Source: Lama glama (Eukaryota). Taken from it: DNA of 64,000 nt. A program made the position numbers and the translations under genes. A model generated the notes under the pieces. The model ran no database searches and was not told the origin of the DNA. It saw only the letters and a list, made by a program, of their open reading frames with translations. Shown piece after piece: positions 49,819 to 62,975 of the stretch. Position 1 is the stretch's first letter. Each line of letters starts with the position of its first letter. The stretch is taken from contig CM052836.1 in NCBI GenBank assembly GCA_028534125.1, positions 12,276,001 through 12,340,000 on the forward strand, read 5' to 3'.

Positions 49819-51929
49819 ATTACTTAAAGGGCACATTCGTCAAAAAATACTAAATTATAATCAGATTATATTTATAATCAGCAGAAGGTTTTGCACGTGC
49901 CTTGAACTTTGTGAGTTCTCAAAAATGCATGCAACAGAGGGCAGAGTTGTGTATCCTCACATACGTGTAACACGCATGAATGTCCCACACATTGAGAGCA
50001 TTTATTCATCTGCCCCACCTCGCCAGCACCCGCGTGTTAACTGGGCTCTTCCCTGACCTGGACCAGCCTGGACAAACCCTTCTTCCTTTCTGCCTATAAA
50101 TCGTACCTGAGCTCAAAGCCCTCCTTGAAGCCATCATGTGGAATTAGCCCAAATCATGAGCTGGTCCACCCCCGACTCTCAGAACCCCAGCAGACCCCCT
50201 CCCCTGGGATGAGCACACCCGCTTTAACAAGTTCCCTGTTTGTGTGCAGTTAAGGAAGCCAAGAAAGTAGCGAGTTTGTTTTCATTGCCAGCTTTAGCTG
50301 ACTATATATAGACACGTGTTGCAGGCTCACCTAGAAGCATAACATACACCCGTATATTCACACCAAGTCTTCCCAGCAAGTAGCAGCCTGCCTGGCTTGA
50401 CTCTGCAGCTCTGAGATCCCCGGCGCTGCCTCCGGGGCGCTGCTCACTTGCTCCTCCACCTGCTCCCAGGAGGATCCCCACCAGCCCTGCTAAATGCCAA
50501 GAAGCAGAGACTCCTGGCGGCTTTATTTATTTCGTTGGGTTTGAGGCAAATCTTTGATCCAGCGTCTGCTTGCAAACCACTGTTGCCACTTCTCAAATGT
50601 CTAATGCTGCAAATAGGATTGAGAGAAGCCACGTGAGTGGGGGCTGCGATTAAAGTCTGCAGGGAATTTACCCAGAACTGACAGCCCTGACCCTGAGGTT
50701 GGTATTGATGGAGGGAGGCCAGCCTGGGAGCCAGGGAAAGTGTTTGGAACCTGTGAGACCAGCGATGGAAAGTGGGGGCCTCGGAGGGAGGACACATGGC
50801 CTGTGTGCTCCGGTCTGAAAGAGTCCATACCCGAGGAGCTGGTTAATCACGTTAAGGAAAACCAGAGGGTCAGACGCTCCCTGAGCACCAGCGAGTGTTT
50901 CCAGGCACTGGACTTGGTGGCCCTTGCACTGTGCCCCACCCTCGTGACAGATCATTTGGTGCCTCTGAGGCTGTTCCCTCCTCTGTGGCGTGGCCTCCCC
51001 TCCCCACCACAAGGCTCTTCCCTGACTTCCACCCCTCAGACCCCCTAGCCCCCACTGAGATCCGGGCTGTCTGGTGTGAATTCACTGCATCTCCAGATTT
51101 CTCCTTATCTTCACTTACATCTGTTGTTTTTCTTTACTGATTTCAGAGAAACTTTCTAAGGCTCCATCTTTGATCCCAATTTTCCTCTCTTAAACCTTCC
51201 AGTATCTCCTCTGATTCAGCCCTTTCTCCTCAGCCCATAAACGTTCCTAAATCTCAGATTCCTGGTCTTGGTTGACTCCCTTCAGTGTCCAAAATTAGAA
51301 CCTGGTGTGTCCAGCTGCTCTTAAGAAACTAAAAGGTGCAGCGGCCCTCCATACATGGGGAGGTCTGGGGTGGCTTCCCCGAGGGTGGTTACAATCCCAG
51401 CGTGTGTGTATGTGGCTGACAGCTGGGAACGCAAGCTTCCCACATCCAATCAGGTAACGCTCTGGATCGGGTTAGATGTGTTTCTTCCTCTCTTAATAAT
51501 ATTAATACGTATCCTGGTCGCTTATGGCTTCAGTCCTGCGTCCAGTTTTAGGTAGCAGGCAAATAAAATATGCAATATTTTATTACAGTTTGTCATACAT
51601 TGAATTAACCCTTATCTACTTAAAATCTGGATGTTTTAAAGTAGGCCTCCTGTTATAAAAATAAAAACATATGCAAGGTAATGTAGAACTGTGTACCGTA
51701 GGGTTTTGCTGGAAGGACATAATCGCTTTAGTGCGGAACGTCATGCCTGCTGGACAAGAATGAAACGCTCCCAGCATCCCGGGTGCAACCATTAGAACAT
51801 AAGAAACAGCTCCCTTCACTCCTCCTACCTTTGACCCCTGTTGTGCCTCAGGCTTCTGTGACCCATGCCCAACTTTACCAGCTTGATTGGTAAACAAAAG
51901 TGGTATATCCATACAACATAATATTATTA

Positions 51930-52063
51930 TTTTAAAAAATTTTTATTGAAGTGTAGTTGATTTACAATGTTAGTTTCAGATGTACAGCAAAATGATTGTT
52001 ATACATACACATACATATATTTTTTATATTCTTTTCCATATGTTGTTATAAGAAATTGAATAT
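51930..52063 (-). mobile_element. Young L1 3' end
   Basis: tttttattgaagtgtagttgatttacaatgttagtttcagatgtacagca. Confidence 0.85.
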
Positions 52064-52699
52064 GAATGGGGGTGGGGAGCAGCTAACAGTGAGAGAAACA
52101 AAAAGGAAGAGATGTTTGTTGAATCCATGCCTCCCAGTTCCCTTGGAGTGAAAGGAACTGTCTCCACTCTCTATCTATCGCTCCCTCGTCCCCAGTCTCA
52201 GTGCGGAAAGGAAAACTGAGCCCAGAGCACAGGCAGAGGTGTTTTTTACTCTCTGAGTGGGTGGGGGCAGCAGTGCTAGGGGAAAGGCCATTCTGGAGCT
52301 TAGAGGAGACTGGGTGCTGAACAGCGGACTGGGGTCAGTGATGTAGTGAGTGATGTGGTCAGAGTGCAAAGGATGTGGGGCTGTCTTTATAGCTTGTGCT
52401 TGAAAAGTACCAGCAGAAGCCACGGAAGGGTGCTGAAGGCAGGATGAGGGGTGGGCACCTGCTCTGCTTCCAGTACTCTCTGGAATCTCCCTCACCAGAC
52501 CGGGTTCCACAATAAAGAGCCTGGCTGGCAGCCGTCATGTTTTCTTCGCCTCAGTGTTCCAAGGATAGGGTTTTCTTTATTGCTACTTAAAGAATCTAAC
52601 TTCCAGAGCCATCTCAGTAGTAAGTCTTTTGGGAGAATAGAGTGGAAAATGGATCTTAAACACCCGTCACTTGTTACTAAGCTACTGGGCGAAACCCCA

Positions 52700-52825
52700 G
52701 CCCAGTCTGGTTGTCAGACTTCCCCGTAAGTCAGGATCACCCGAAGGGCTTGTGAAAACACAGCCTGCTCACCCCACTCCCAGAGATGCTGATCTCTGGG
52801 GCCCGAGAAGTCACCCTTTTCTAAT
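52700..52825. mobile_element. MER5A-like fragment
   Basis: tcaggatcacccgaagggcttgtgaaaacacag..ccccactcccagagatgctgat. Confidence 0.6.
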
Positions 52826-53119
52826 GTTTTACAGTTTTTCGTATCACTGCTTATGTAAGAAAAAATGGTAATATTCCTATGCACGCTGGGGTGAAGGCAG
52901 GGGCTGTGGTCAGAAGCAACTGGCCTCAGGCTCTGGCCTCTCCAGTCCCTGCCCAGCCCCCACCCCAGGGGATGACCAGTATTCAGGCCCTTAGACCAAT
53001 ATGCGCACAGCCATGCGAAGCTATGTGGTGAATGGTAGTGATTATTCCCCTTATCTCTGGCCCTGATCGTCTCCAGGGCTCCAGGCCCACAGTAACAATG
53101 CCTCTATCCCCAAACCAGG

Positions 53120-53303
53120 CGGTGATTCTCAAAGTGAGGGCCCCTGGTCAGTAGCACCACCCTCACCTGAGGACCTGTGAGACCTGCACACCCCCAGCCC
53201 CGGCCCACTGACCCAGCCCCTCTGGGGAAGGGCCAGCAGTCAGTCGGTGGATGACACCCCCACCCCAGGTGATTCTGAGGCAGGTGAAGTCTGAGAACCA
53301 ACG
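53120..53303. mobile_element. MER5A-like hAT MITE
   Basis: TIR-like ends cggtgattctcaaagt ... agtctgagaaccaacg; ccccaggtgattctga. Confidence 0.75.
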
Positions 53304-54950
53304 ACCAACTGGGATTTGACCGAGTAGCCAAGCCTGTTCCCTGACCCCTCATTTGGATGAATTAGTTCCAGTGCCTCCCCACTACCCAGGCTCCAGACCT
53401 CAGATCCGCCCATCACTCCGGCACCTCCTCTGTGTCCAGTCCTCAGCCCTGGCTTTGCCTCCAGCAGCATCCTCTCTGCCCCCTCCTCAACCCCACCCCT
53501 GCCCCCAGTGGAGGGGCTGGCCAGTAGCTCCCAAACCAACTCACCTGAAATCCAATTTGCCTACAATTATTTCACCAACAGCCAGTTAGGATAAAGCACA
53601 CTTAATTTAAAATCTAATTAATTAACATTGGATTAATATTTAATTAAATAAGTATTAATGAAAAGTATACTTACAATGGTCATTATAATTATACACTTAA
53701 AATGAATTTAAATGGGTAACTTTTAAAATGTTAATTAAAAAGCAATTTAATTAATTTAAAAGTGAATTTCATACCGTCCAGGCTGCCTATTATTTTCTTG
53801 GTGACCTCCACCCCTTCTGAATATACTGTGTCCTCGCTCCGCCAAATGCTCAAGAAAAATCTGATTCTATGTTTCTAGTTTTTCTACGCTTGAATTTTCT
53901 CGCATTTACCTTCTGAATTGCCTGGAGTTGGTGCTGGGTTTGGGGGTAAAGTGAAGGTCAAGTTACCTGCCCGCTCACCGCTGGAGGGCAAGACTCCTCA
54001 TTCCTCGCTAAACTCTTGAGTTCTCGGCCTCCAACAATTTTCCTCCCCCCGAGCCTCGCATAAAGATCAGAGGCGATAACCGGACATCTAGGTGGTTGTC
54101 CCACGTTCTCCGAAGCTTCTTCCCTTTCTATGAAGCTTCTTAATAGTAGCTTGAAATGGGCTTATTTGCTAGAAACTGAGGCACACGTGTCCTTGGACAA
54201 GCTCACCTGGAAATCCTTAAACGCTCGAGACTTCAAGGGTCCGCACTAGACGCGCCTTCCCGTCTGCCCCAGGTCCACACACCGTGGCGGACCAGGACGG
54301 ACCGGGGCGGACGGGGCAGCTGAGAGACTGACATTTCCCCGAGAGAAGGGGCCGCCTGGAAAAGAGAATCTGTAGACACGGAAGGACCCCCTACTGCCCC
54401 TCACCTCCCAGACGGTGGGCAGGGGCTGGCGAGGAGGAAGAAATAGAGAGCTGTGTTCTGTTTGCAGGTCTGAGCAGTAGACGTGTGTGCATCAGCAGCC
54501 CTGCTCCCTCTGGAAAGCAGAAAATACATCTCGAAGCTCGTAAAAACACAGAATGGTCTGGACATTTCTTGCCACAAACGAACCGCCCACTGTCCCCCAT
54601 AAAATAGTGCCAACTTGCCTAAATTAATTTTTAACTTAGGAAATAATGAATAAATAAAAACGAATACTTGTAAAACACGCATAATGTATGAAAAATACTG
54701 GCTCAACATAAAACCCAAATGAAAAAGGACACCACTTAACCCTGCAGGCCCTTCCCGCCGCCCTCCAGCCCCGCTCACATGACGCCTCTGCAGGGGAACC
54801 CCCGCCCGGAACCCCCCTCCCCGGGTTCTGCCTCCAACATTTCCTTGTTTTTCATAAGAGTCTGACCACATGTTTGTTCCCCTAAGCAACATAGGTAGTT
54901 CAGTTTTTACCAGGGGTCCTTAACTTTGCTGTAGGTATTCTTGAGGGACC

Positions 54951-55180
54951 TTTTTTATTTTATTGAAATACAGTGAGTTAACAGTGTGTCAGTTTCTGGT
55001 GTGCAGCATCATGTCTCAGTCATGCATATGCATACATTCGTTTTTATTAAAAGTGATTACAAGATATTGAATGTAGTTCCCTGTGCTGTATAGAAGAAAT
55101 TTGTTGTTTATGTATTTTTATATGTAGTAGCTAATATTTGCAAATGTCAAACTCCCAAATTTATCCCTTCCCACCCCCCT
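54951..55180 (-). mobile_element. Young L1 3' end
   Basis: agatattgaatgtagttccctgtgctgtata..aaactcccaaatttatcccttcccacccc; degenerate TSD ttcttgagggacctt / ttcttaaggggcttc. Confidence 0.88.
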
Positions 55181-55242
55181 TCTTAAGGGGCTTCTTCTAG
55201 GTTGGTATTTTGTTTCTCAGATGCTTCCATGTGGTTGTTAAG

Positions 55243-55757
55243 TGTAGGCGAGAAAAAAAAACGTTTTCCTCAGCTCTCCTAGGGCCGCTGGCGGGCTCTG
55301 ATGATTAGACAAAGACGGATGGACAGGAACAAACATGCAAATGTATTTACCGTGTTTCACGTGGCAGAGGATCCTTCGTAAGGACACGAAGAGCCGAAGA
55401 CGCAGCCCTGAGCGCATTAAAGCCGGGCGTGATGGGGAGCGGCTGTCTTGGAGGAAGGCGCGGTTGTCGGGGAGGAGGAGGAGGAGGCACGGTCGAAACT
55501 GGGGGACGCTGGCAAGGCCGGCTGGATGGGAGTCTTCTCGGTGCCCTGTGTGTTTGGAGATCCAGATGTTCTTTTCCTCTGGGAGCAGGGAGGGCACCTG
55601 TCACCTGGGAGTCTCGTGACCTGCTTCAGGGGAGAAGGGGGAGGGGGCAGGTCACAGTGACCTTCATGCTTCTGCCGTTTTCTGATTCCACCAGCTTGAA
55701 ATATCCAATATGCGGGGGTGCTGTATTTTGGGGTGGCTTGTCTCGAACCCCATCTCA
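55243..55757 (-). mobile_element. ERV1 solo LTR, MER34-like (515 bp, TG...CA)
   Basis: Minus strand starts TGagatggggttcgagacaagccaccccaaaata..gcatattggatatttcaagctg and ends ..gaggaaaacgttttt..ctcgcctaCA, resembling both ends of the recalled MER34 consensus. Confidence 0.75.
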
Positions 55758-55799
55758 GGTAATTGTGATTCAGTCGGTGGCCTTTCAGGGCACGTCTGG

Positions 55800-56480
55800 G
55801 CCCAACTTGTTCACCCACACCTGCGCCGTCTCCGTCCACTGTTACCAGCGGTGCTGCCCTGCGCACCCCCGGGCGGGTCCCGGGGCCACGACGGGGGCTT
55901 GCGTTGCGAGCGCTCAGGCCCAGCTGGTGCACTCAGGACTCGGGCAGGCGGAAGGACACCCTGGGAGCCGTGGGGCTGGGGTTGGCGGCCGTGCCTTCCT
56001 GCGCAGGGGCACACAGGCTTCGGCGGCGGCAAAGCCCGTCCGCCTCACGTGCCGAGGCGGCGTACAGGGCGGTGTTAGGGCGGTGTCTGGCCGGCGTCCC
56101 CGCGCGCTGGCGTGTGCGGGCCCTGCGCCCGGGGCGCTGCGCGGGGCTGCGCGTGCGGGACAGCGCGGCCGGTCCCGGACGTCAGCCGGGGAGCCCAAGG
56201 GGCTCCACTTCCCCTGAGCTCCGCGCCTCAGCGGCGGGCCCGGGCAGGAGCCCTGGCGGCCCCACGCTCACAGGGACCACGGGGGCCTGAGCAGCCCCAA
56301 GGCTCTGCCGTCCGCGCCATGACGTCTCCATGGGTGAGTGAGGGGCTCTGCTTAGCCTTCTGCCGTGGCCCCACAGGGGACGTTGTGGCCACGGCGTCAG
56401 CTTCACTGGGCGTTGGACTGCGGTGAGTGCGCACAGAGGTCTCCGGACCTGTGTCCACCGTGTCCCACAGCCCTGCCCAC
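55800..56480. promoter_or_regulatory. Orphan intergenic CpG island, promoter-like
   Basis: Dense CpG; tandem agggcggtgt GC boxes (~56066-56086); E-box CACGTG 56046-51; CRE-like GACGTCA and TGACGTC; two GGTGAGT donor sites on +. Confidence 0.65.
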
Positions 56481-56642
56481 ACTTAGTACCCAGTTGTTAG
56501 ATTTTGTCACTGGTGGGTATGAAAGGCATTGCACGTGTTATTTGTAATTGCGCTTTTCATTTTGCGGTAGTTGTAGGTTCCCGTGCAGTAGCTAGCCGCA
56601 GTGCCCTGTGGCGGCGGGGACAGTGGTGCAGACACAGCTGAG

Positions 56643-56700
56643 CCTACTCGCATCTCCCCAGTCTCGTGTGTGTGTGTGTGCCTACTCGCATCTCCCCAGT

Positions 56701-56752
<52 letters not shown>
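56643..56752. repeat. 24-bp unit duplicated, followed by (TG)7 and (TG)24
   Basis: cctactcgcatctccccagtctcg at 56643 and 56681. Confidence 0.95.
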
Positions 56753-56753
<1 letters not shown>

Positions 56754-56754
56754 T

Positions 56755-57745
56755 GTGTGCATTTAGTTCCGCGGATGCAAAACATTCCCGCCCTCGCGGG
56801 GATCCTCTTCTCCTCCGCCATTCCCGCACCCATCCCTCACTCCTGACCTCAGAGCATCTGTTACCCATACCCATTTCTACAATTCGTTTCATTTCAGGAA
56901 TGCCGTGTAGATGGAATCACACAGTTTGCGACCTTTGGGAATTTGCTTTTTTCTCTCGGCACCATCCCCTGCGATTCACCTGAGTTCTGGCGCGTGTCCC
57001 CGTCTTATGCCTGAGTGTCGGTGCTTCAAGGTGTGGGTGGACCCCAGTTTCTTTGACCGGTCAGCGGTTTGAGATCTGGGTGGGCTCCAGTTTGGGGCCA
57101 CTACGAATAATATCGTATTAAGATGCAGGTTTTTGTGTGAACTCTCGTACTTTTAAGCTGAATTTCCCTGAAAACTCAGATTAAACATCTCGCCGTTTGT
57201 TTATAGGCTGTTCAGGTTTTCTCTGTTCTGAAATGTGTTTTGGCTGTTGGCCTTTCTGGGTATTTACCGTCTTCATTTTGATTCATGAGAATTCTTCATA
57301 GAAGCTGAATGCTAATCTCTTGTCAACAGTGGATGTTCCGTGTATCTCCCAGACTGATGTTTGCTTTTCCTTCTCTGGTGTCTTGAGATGAGTGTACATT
57401 TTTAACCTTCACGTGGCAAACTTCTCCCTTCACTCTCTTGTTGTTGCTTTTGTGTTCTGTTGAAGAAGTCATTCCTTACCCCAAGATCAAAAAGCTAACC
57501 CACACAGTCCCTAAAATGTTAGGGTTTTGCCTTTCACGTGTAAGTCCTTCATCCACCTGGAGTTTGATTTGTATGAGACATTTAGATAGGGGTCCAGTGT
57601 GGCTTTTTGAACACGAATACTCAGTTGTCCTAAGATCATTTATTGAAAAGTCTGTTCCTTTCCCAGAGATCAGAAAAGCCACCTCTTTTGTATGTGAAGT
57701 GTCCATATATGCCTGAGTCTGTTTCTGGGTTATCTACACTCAGCA
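56755..57745 (-). mobile_element. Old L1MC/ME fragments
   Basis: tcatttcaggaatgccgtgtagatggaatcacacag, ctccagtttggggccactacgaataa, atccacctggagtttgatttgt, catttattgaaaag, tctgtttctgggttatcta. Confidence 0.7.
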
Positions 57746-59149
57746 GCAAAAAAATGAGAAAGTTTCCCTTGCCGGGGGTGGGGAGAGGTGGGGCAGGTTC
57801 CTTCCTGGCACCATCTGTACCCTTTGGGGTCCTGGCTGTGTGCAGGTGGCTCAGGAGTCTCTTCTGAGGAGCCCTGCCCTCCGAGGGCCTGGGCCAGGGA
57901 GGATTGGGGTAGGGCAGGGGGTGGGGGTAGGGGAAGAGAAGGTGCAGGAGCTGGACCCTCACCAGACCGCCCTGGGGGCCAGCGTGGCCCGGAGGTGCGT
58001 GCTTTAGTCTGGATGCAGTGGGAAGCCACCGAGATCTCGTACACAGGAAAGAATGTGAACTGCCTGACATTGGGCCTCGGTGCTGGACGGTTTGTTGCAG
58101 CGGGGCCATCATCAGGACTCTGTCACATTGGTCCCCGCAGAAAGCAGGGAGGCCTGGACCAAGGTCGTAGCAGTAAAAACAGCAGCAAGAGTACAGATTC
58201 AGAAGGCATCCTGGCAATAAAACCGATAGGACTTGCTGGTGGGTCAGACGTTGAGGGTGGGAGGAAGGAAGAGGAGGAATTTGGAATGACTCAGCCCCAG
58301 CAACTCGTGCTGTTTATTGGGATGGGAAAGACAGGGGATGTGAAGCTTAGAGTGAGGGCGGGATATGGACCCCCGATTGGACAGGTGACCCCTCAATCAA
58401 CAGACATTCAGCCAAGCCCGTGCAGAAGGGCTAAGTCCCCAGGGCTTGTCTTGGGACCCAGGCCACCTGATCGTTGCTTCCATGACACATGGCAGGTTCT
58501 TCCTGTGCCATAGAGTTATCCGGAGGTGGGGCATGCGGGTTGGCAATTTTCAGGATTATGAAGAAGTGAACCACATACTGGCCTTTGGCCTAAACCACGT
58601 GCTCCATTTTAGGAAGGTGCACATCACATGACAAAGTGTGGAACTTTAATTTGGACCAAGAGAAGACAATCCCAGGGTCCAGGAGTTCCCCGTCTGCCGT
58701 GGCTGGTTGCCGTATAGTGCATGCTTTCTGTCTTGGCCCCCTCACCCTGATGCAGTGCATTTTACAAAGCTGGGAAGTACCCACTGGTCGCACAGTTTGC
58801 TCCTGTGCCCTGTTTTGATATTGTCTCACTCGCTGAGACAGTGAGCTGCCAGTGATGAACTATTTCTGTGATTAGACTCTCTGAAGGTACAGAATCCTCT
58901 GCACCTGTGGCTAGGAAACTGTTCATATTGCAGAGAGTGGGTGGTGCCATGCTTAGATCAGGCTCTAAACGTTTTTTTCAAAAGCAAATACACTATTTTT
59001 TATTTATTGTTGCTCTTTGTGTGAATAGCTCCTGTGAGAACCTTAGAAGAGGAGGCATCCTCCGTCTAAATACCGTCAAATAGTATCCAGTTCCTAACCT
59101 CATCCCAGGAAAGAGCTGACACTACTTTCTTATAAAAGTTGAACTATTT

Positions 59150-59581
59150 GAATCATGCCATTTTCAGCAACATGGATGGACCTAGAGATTATCATACTAA
59201 GTGAAGTAAGAGAAAGACAAATATATGATATCGCTTATATGTGGAATCTAAAAAAAAAGATACAAATTTTATTTACAAACCAGCAGTAGACTCATGGAGA
59301 TAGAAAACAAACTGTGGTTACCAGGAGGGAAATGTGGGTGGGAGTTGGGGGATAGATTAGGAGTTTGGGATTAACAGATACACATTACTATACATAAAAT
59401 AATAAACAACAGGGACCTACTGTTTAGCACAGGGAACTATATTCGGTTTCTTGTAATGAGCTATAATGGAAAAGAATCTAGAAAAAAATGTATGTATATG
59501 TATAACTGAATTGCTTTGTTGTGCACCTGAAACTAACATTGTAAATCAACTACACTTCAAAAAAAGTAAGAATGGAAAAAG
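59150..59581 (+). mobile_element. L1 3' part with 15-bp TSD
   Basis: cagcaacatggatggacctagagattatcatactaagtgaagtaag..gacctactgtttagcacagggaactatatt; TSD aaagttgaactattt (59135) / aaagttgaacagttt (59582). Confidence 0.92.
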
Positions 59582-62500
59582 AAAGTTGAACAGTTTTCAT
59601 TAACATACATCACAGGTAAATGCCAGCAGCAGACAACAAGGTATTAGGGTGTCCGAACTGTGGAATTATTTGCAGGATAACCTTAAAGGGGCTTTATGGT
59701 TTTTAAAAGGACCTCGCAGTTAATCGAGGTTGTGGAGAATGGACACAAGTGTAATTGTCACTGTGAGATATTCTAACCACAGCCGTTTGTAAAAGCACCA
59801 CCCATTCACTCACTGAGGCCGTGGGTGGAGACTAGGAAGGTCAAAGCCAGCCTGCGCGGTGCTTTCCTGGCCATTGATGGGCGTCAGATGTCGGCAGACG
59901 TTCTCACTGGTCCCCTATGTGTGTGTTTCTAAGTCAGCACGCACGTCAACATTTTTAATACCCACTCCAAGCAGAAGGCCCTAATTAAAACATGTTGAAA
60001 TTCCCTTTCTCTTCCCCTAAGCTCTAGGGGGTCGGGCCGTATTTGAGTCAAAGCTACCAGACGATTTAATGAGTTACTATCCCCCAAAAACCCAGAGTCA
60101 ACAAGGACCCCACCTCCCTCTCATGGGACAGGTCTTCCCCAGAGGAGGTCGCCTGCCTCCCTCGGCAAGAAGGTTCCTGCCCTTTGCCTCTCACCGCAGA
60201 GGCTGTGCACAGCTCTGCCTGTAGCTCAGGAAACTGGAGATTTTTCTCTTTAAAGGCCGGAGGGAAGTCAATTTGGCGCGAATCCCTACAGGAATGAGGC
60301 GCTTCCCCTGGGCCCTCTTCGCGGGGCTCCCCCCTCTGAAGCTCGGAACACGAGGCAGCCCTGTCTTAGGGCTGGGGGCCGAGACTCCCACCCGGTACCC
60401 AGAGGCTCTGCAAAGGCTTAGGGCTTTGCGAGGCTGGTCTTAGCCGCTTAGCGTCAGTCCAGCCTGATTTTCAACTGACTCTCCCCTCCATGGAGATTTT
60501 TCTCCTTTTTCTGTTATCAGTCGCTGGTCCAAGTGTTTTATTATTTATCCTGTTTTATTTCTCACTGAACATTGTACCCCCCCAATATTGAAATATGTGG
60601 AAGAACTCACTCAACAGTGTCCAAGTTTACGGTCACCAAAGTGCTTCTCTCTGCGCCTGACTTAAATTTTTAAAGAGATGGTTTCTGAGATCTTGTGCGA
60701 CTTTCAAACTCAAGCCCAATTCAGTGGAAGGAAGAGAATTAAGAGCTTCCCTGTGTTGGTGGTTTTGACATTGACAAGTCAGCCGGGCTACACGGAGGGC
60801 TGGGTGTGTTTTCCTCGGGTGGGAGGCGGCTTTGGGGGCCATGTGCATGTCTTCTCCACCCTCTCGGCTGAAGGTAACCCTCCCCAGCCCGCTTCGTCTT
60901 TGGGTGGCGCCCAGTGCTGTGTTAATGACGTTTGTGTGGAAGGGTCACCGGCCATTCATCATAACCCAGCATTTGTTGGGGATAACATGCCGCTGGAGGC
61001 ATCAGGGCCTTCTGTTTCAATAAAGAAAAAGAATTTATGAAAGTTCACCCCTGACTTTGATGAAGCAGAGGTCCAAAAGCCATCGTAACAGAAATGCAGG
61101 CCACATTCTTTACAGCTACCCCAGGGGAAAGAAAAACAACACACAGCAGCAACTATAAAAAATCTCTGCGCGTCGAGTCTATAAATATTAACAGCCTCTT
61201 CTGCTGGTAGAAGATTTCTCATTTACTCGCCACACCGCCTGGGTGACAGAGGAAGAAAAGCTGTTATTTTTTTTTTTTCCTGTTTCCCAATGGCACGACC
61301 ATGGTTCGGAGGCCCAAGGTCATACGGCTGGTGAGCGGCCTGCACTTGAGCCTGAGCCCAGTGCCTTCTATTGATGCCATTAATCGTGTGCTGGTCTTCA
61401 AACGCCTGGCCAGGTCTTTGTAGCTTTTCCTGGGATTCGTGAAGGCAGATGCCCTGTGGACCTTGCGCAGCCCAGCCGTCTCCTGCCCAGGGAGGAACGG
61501 GGCTTCACAGCCCAGCCCAGATGGGGGTTCCATCTATAAGTATGAGCTGGACTGTGTTACTGATACGGCCTTTGTGACGATCAAAACTGCGACCTTGGTC
61601 AGACTCGCACCTCGCTTTAACCGAAACGTTTTTCCAGTTGCTGAAAGAGCCTTACAGGCATGTATCCACACTCCTGCTCCAATGTACATTTCTAACAGAA
61701 ACAATAATACGAGCTCTGACCAGAACGGAGGCACGGGCACCTCGCGGGTCGCAGGAGTTGTTGGGTGTGTGTTCTGTTGAGATGGGGCCCTAGCAGGACT
61801 CCACGTCCCGTCATCATCCCTCGCAGCCAGAAAAGTCTTTACAACCCTCTCGCCCATCCCAGTAGTCCACGGGGAGGATGCCCTGGTCTGAGGTCACTGC
61901 TACAGCGTGGTGCTGAGTGGAGCTGAGATGAGCTGTGCTTGCCCAGTGACAGAGCAGGAGCCACCTCCTGGGAAAGATGATCCCTTTCACCGTCTCCTGA
62001 TGCTCTGCGTTCCTCTCACCCCAGGGGACAGCGGTCCTCACCTGCACTGTGTCCTGACCTCCAACACCGGCCTTCAGCTTCCCCTTCTTAATGTGGGGTC
62101 TGCGAGATTCAGTTTCCTTCTCCCAGCCGGGGCTGCCCATTAGGAGAACGTCTCTGGATCCGAGTGACATCTGGACACCAAGGTGTTCTTGGGTCCACCT
62201 GGAGCATTTCCAGAGCTCACGAAGGACGTTCCAGGTCACAGGATGCCCTCTGAGCCGGGGATGGAGGCTTATGTCCAGGCTGACTTCTCCCATCTATCTT
62301 GATAACTCAGTTTTTGTAATGGGAATGACAGCAGGAGTTCAGAGGACTGGGGGGATGTTTCCACGGGGAGAAGGGGTTTAATTTTAGAAAACTTTGAAGC
62401 AATCTGTTCTTTTGAAGTGGGCATGGGCTTCCCACTGCTCCCATGATGCTAGTGGACCAGGAAGCCTGTCAGTGTTTCCAAGGTCACACCAGCCACGTGT

Positions 62501-62799
62501 GAGGGTGTCTGCCCTCACTCTTCACCCCCGAGCTCCACAGAGCAGTGAAGGAGAGAGTCCGGGGCTGGAGTTCCATTTTCCCGACAGCGTTGCAATGGGA
62601 GGAAGAGGAGAGTGTGTGGAGGCCAGGGAGCATGTGGGGATCCTCGACGATTTGGTCGTATCCTGAAACAGCTCAGAGCTGAGGCCGTGCCTCTAGTTCC
62701 GAATCTGGAAACAGGCCCATGGAGCCATCAAACCACAGCTGACATCTTTCCACGCTAATGGGTGGACTGGCGGCCACCTCGCACTGAACTGTCACCCCC

Positions 62800-62975
62800 A
62801 GGGCACCGTGCCTGAATCACTTCATTTAATCTGCACAAGACATCTCCCTAATGTCAATATAGCCAACCCTCCTTTGCTAGTGAGGAGAGGGTTATGGACG
62901 GAGGGAAGCACCTGGCCCTGGTGATCTCAGTAAGTCTGGCAGGCTGTCCTTAGTCCCGTATCTTATGACTCTGCG
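62800..62975 (-). mobile_element. MIR
   Basis: cttcatttaatctgcacaa..cctttgctagtgaggagag..gggaagcacctggccctggtga. Confidence 0.5.

Noticed and set aside
55429-56217. 262-aa ORF and neighbours
   Set aside because: Runs across an LTR and GC-rich DNA; low-complexity composition and no family match.
57636-58513. 241-aa and 193-aa ORFs
   Set aside because: Overlap decayed L1/L2 sequence; no coding signature.
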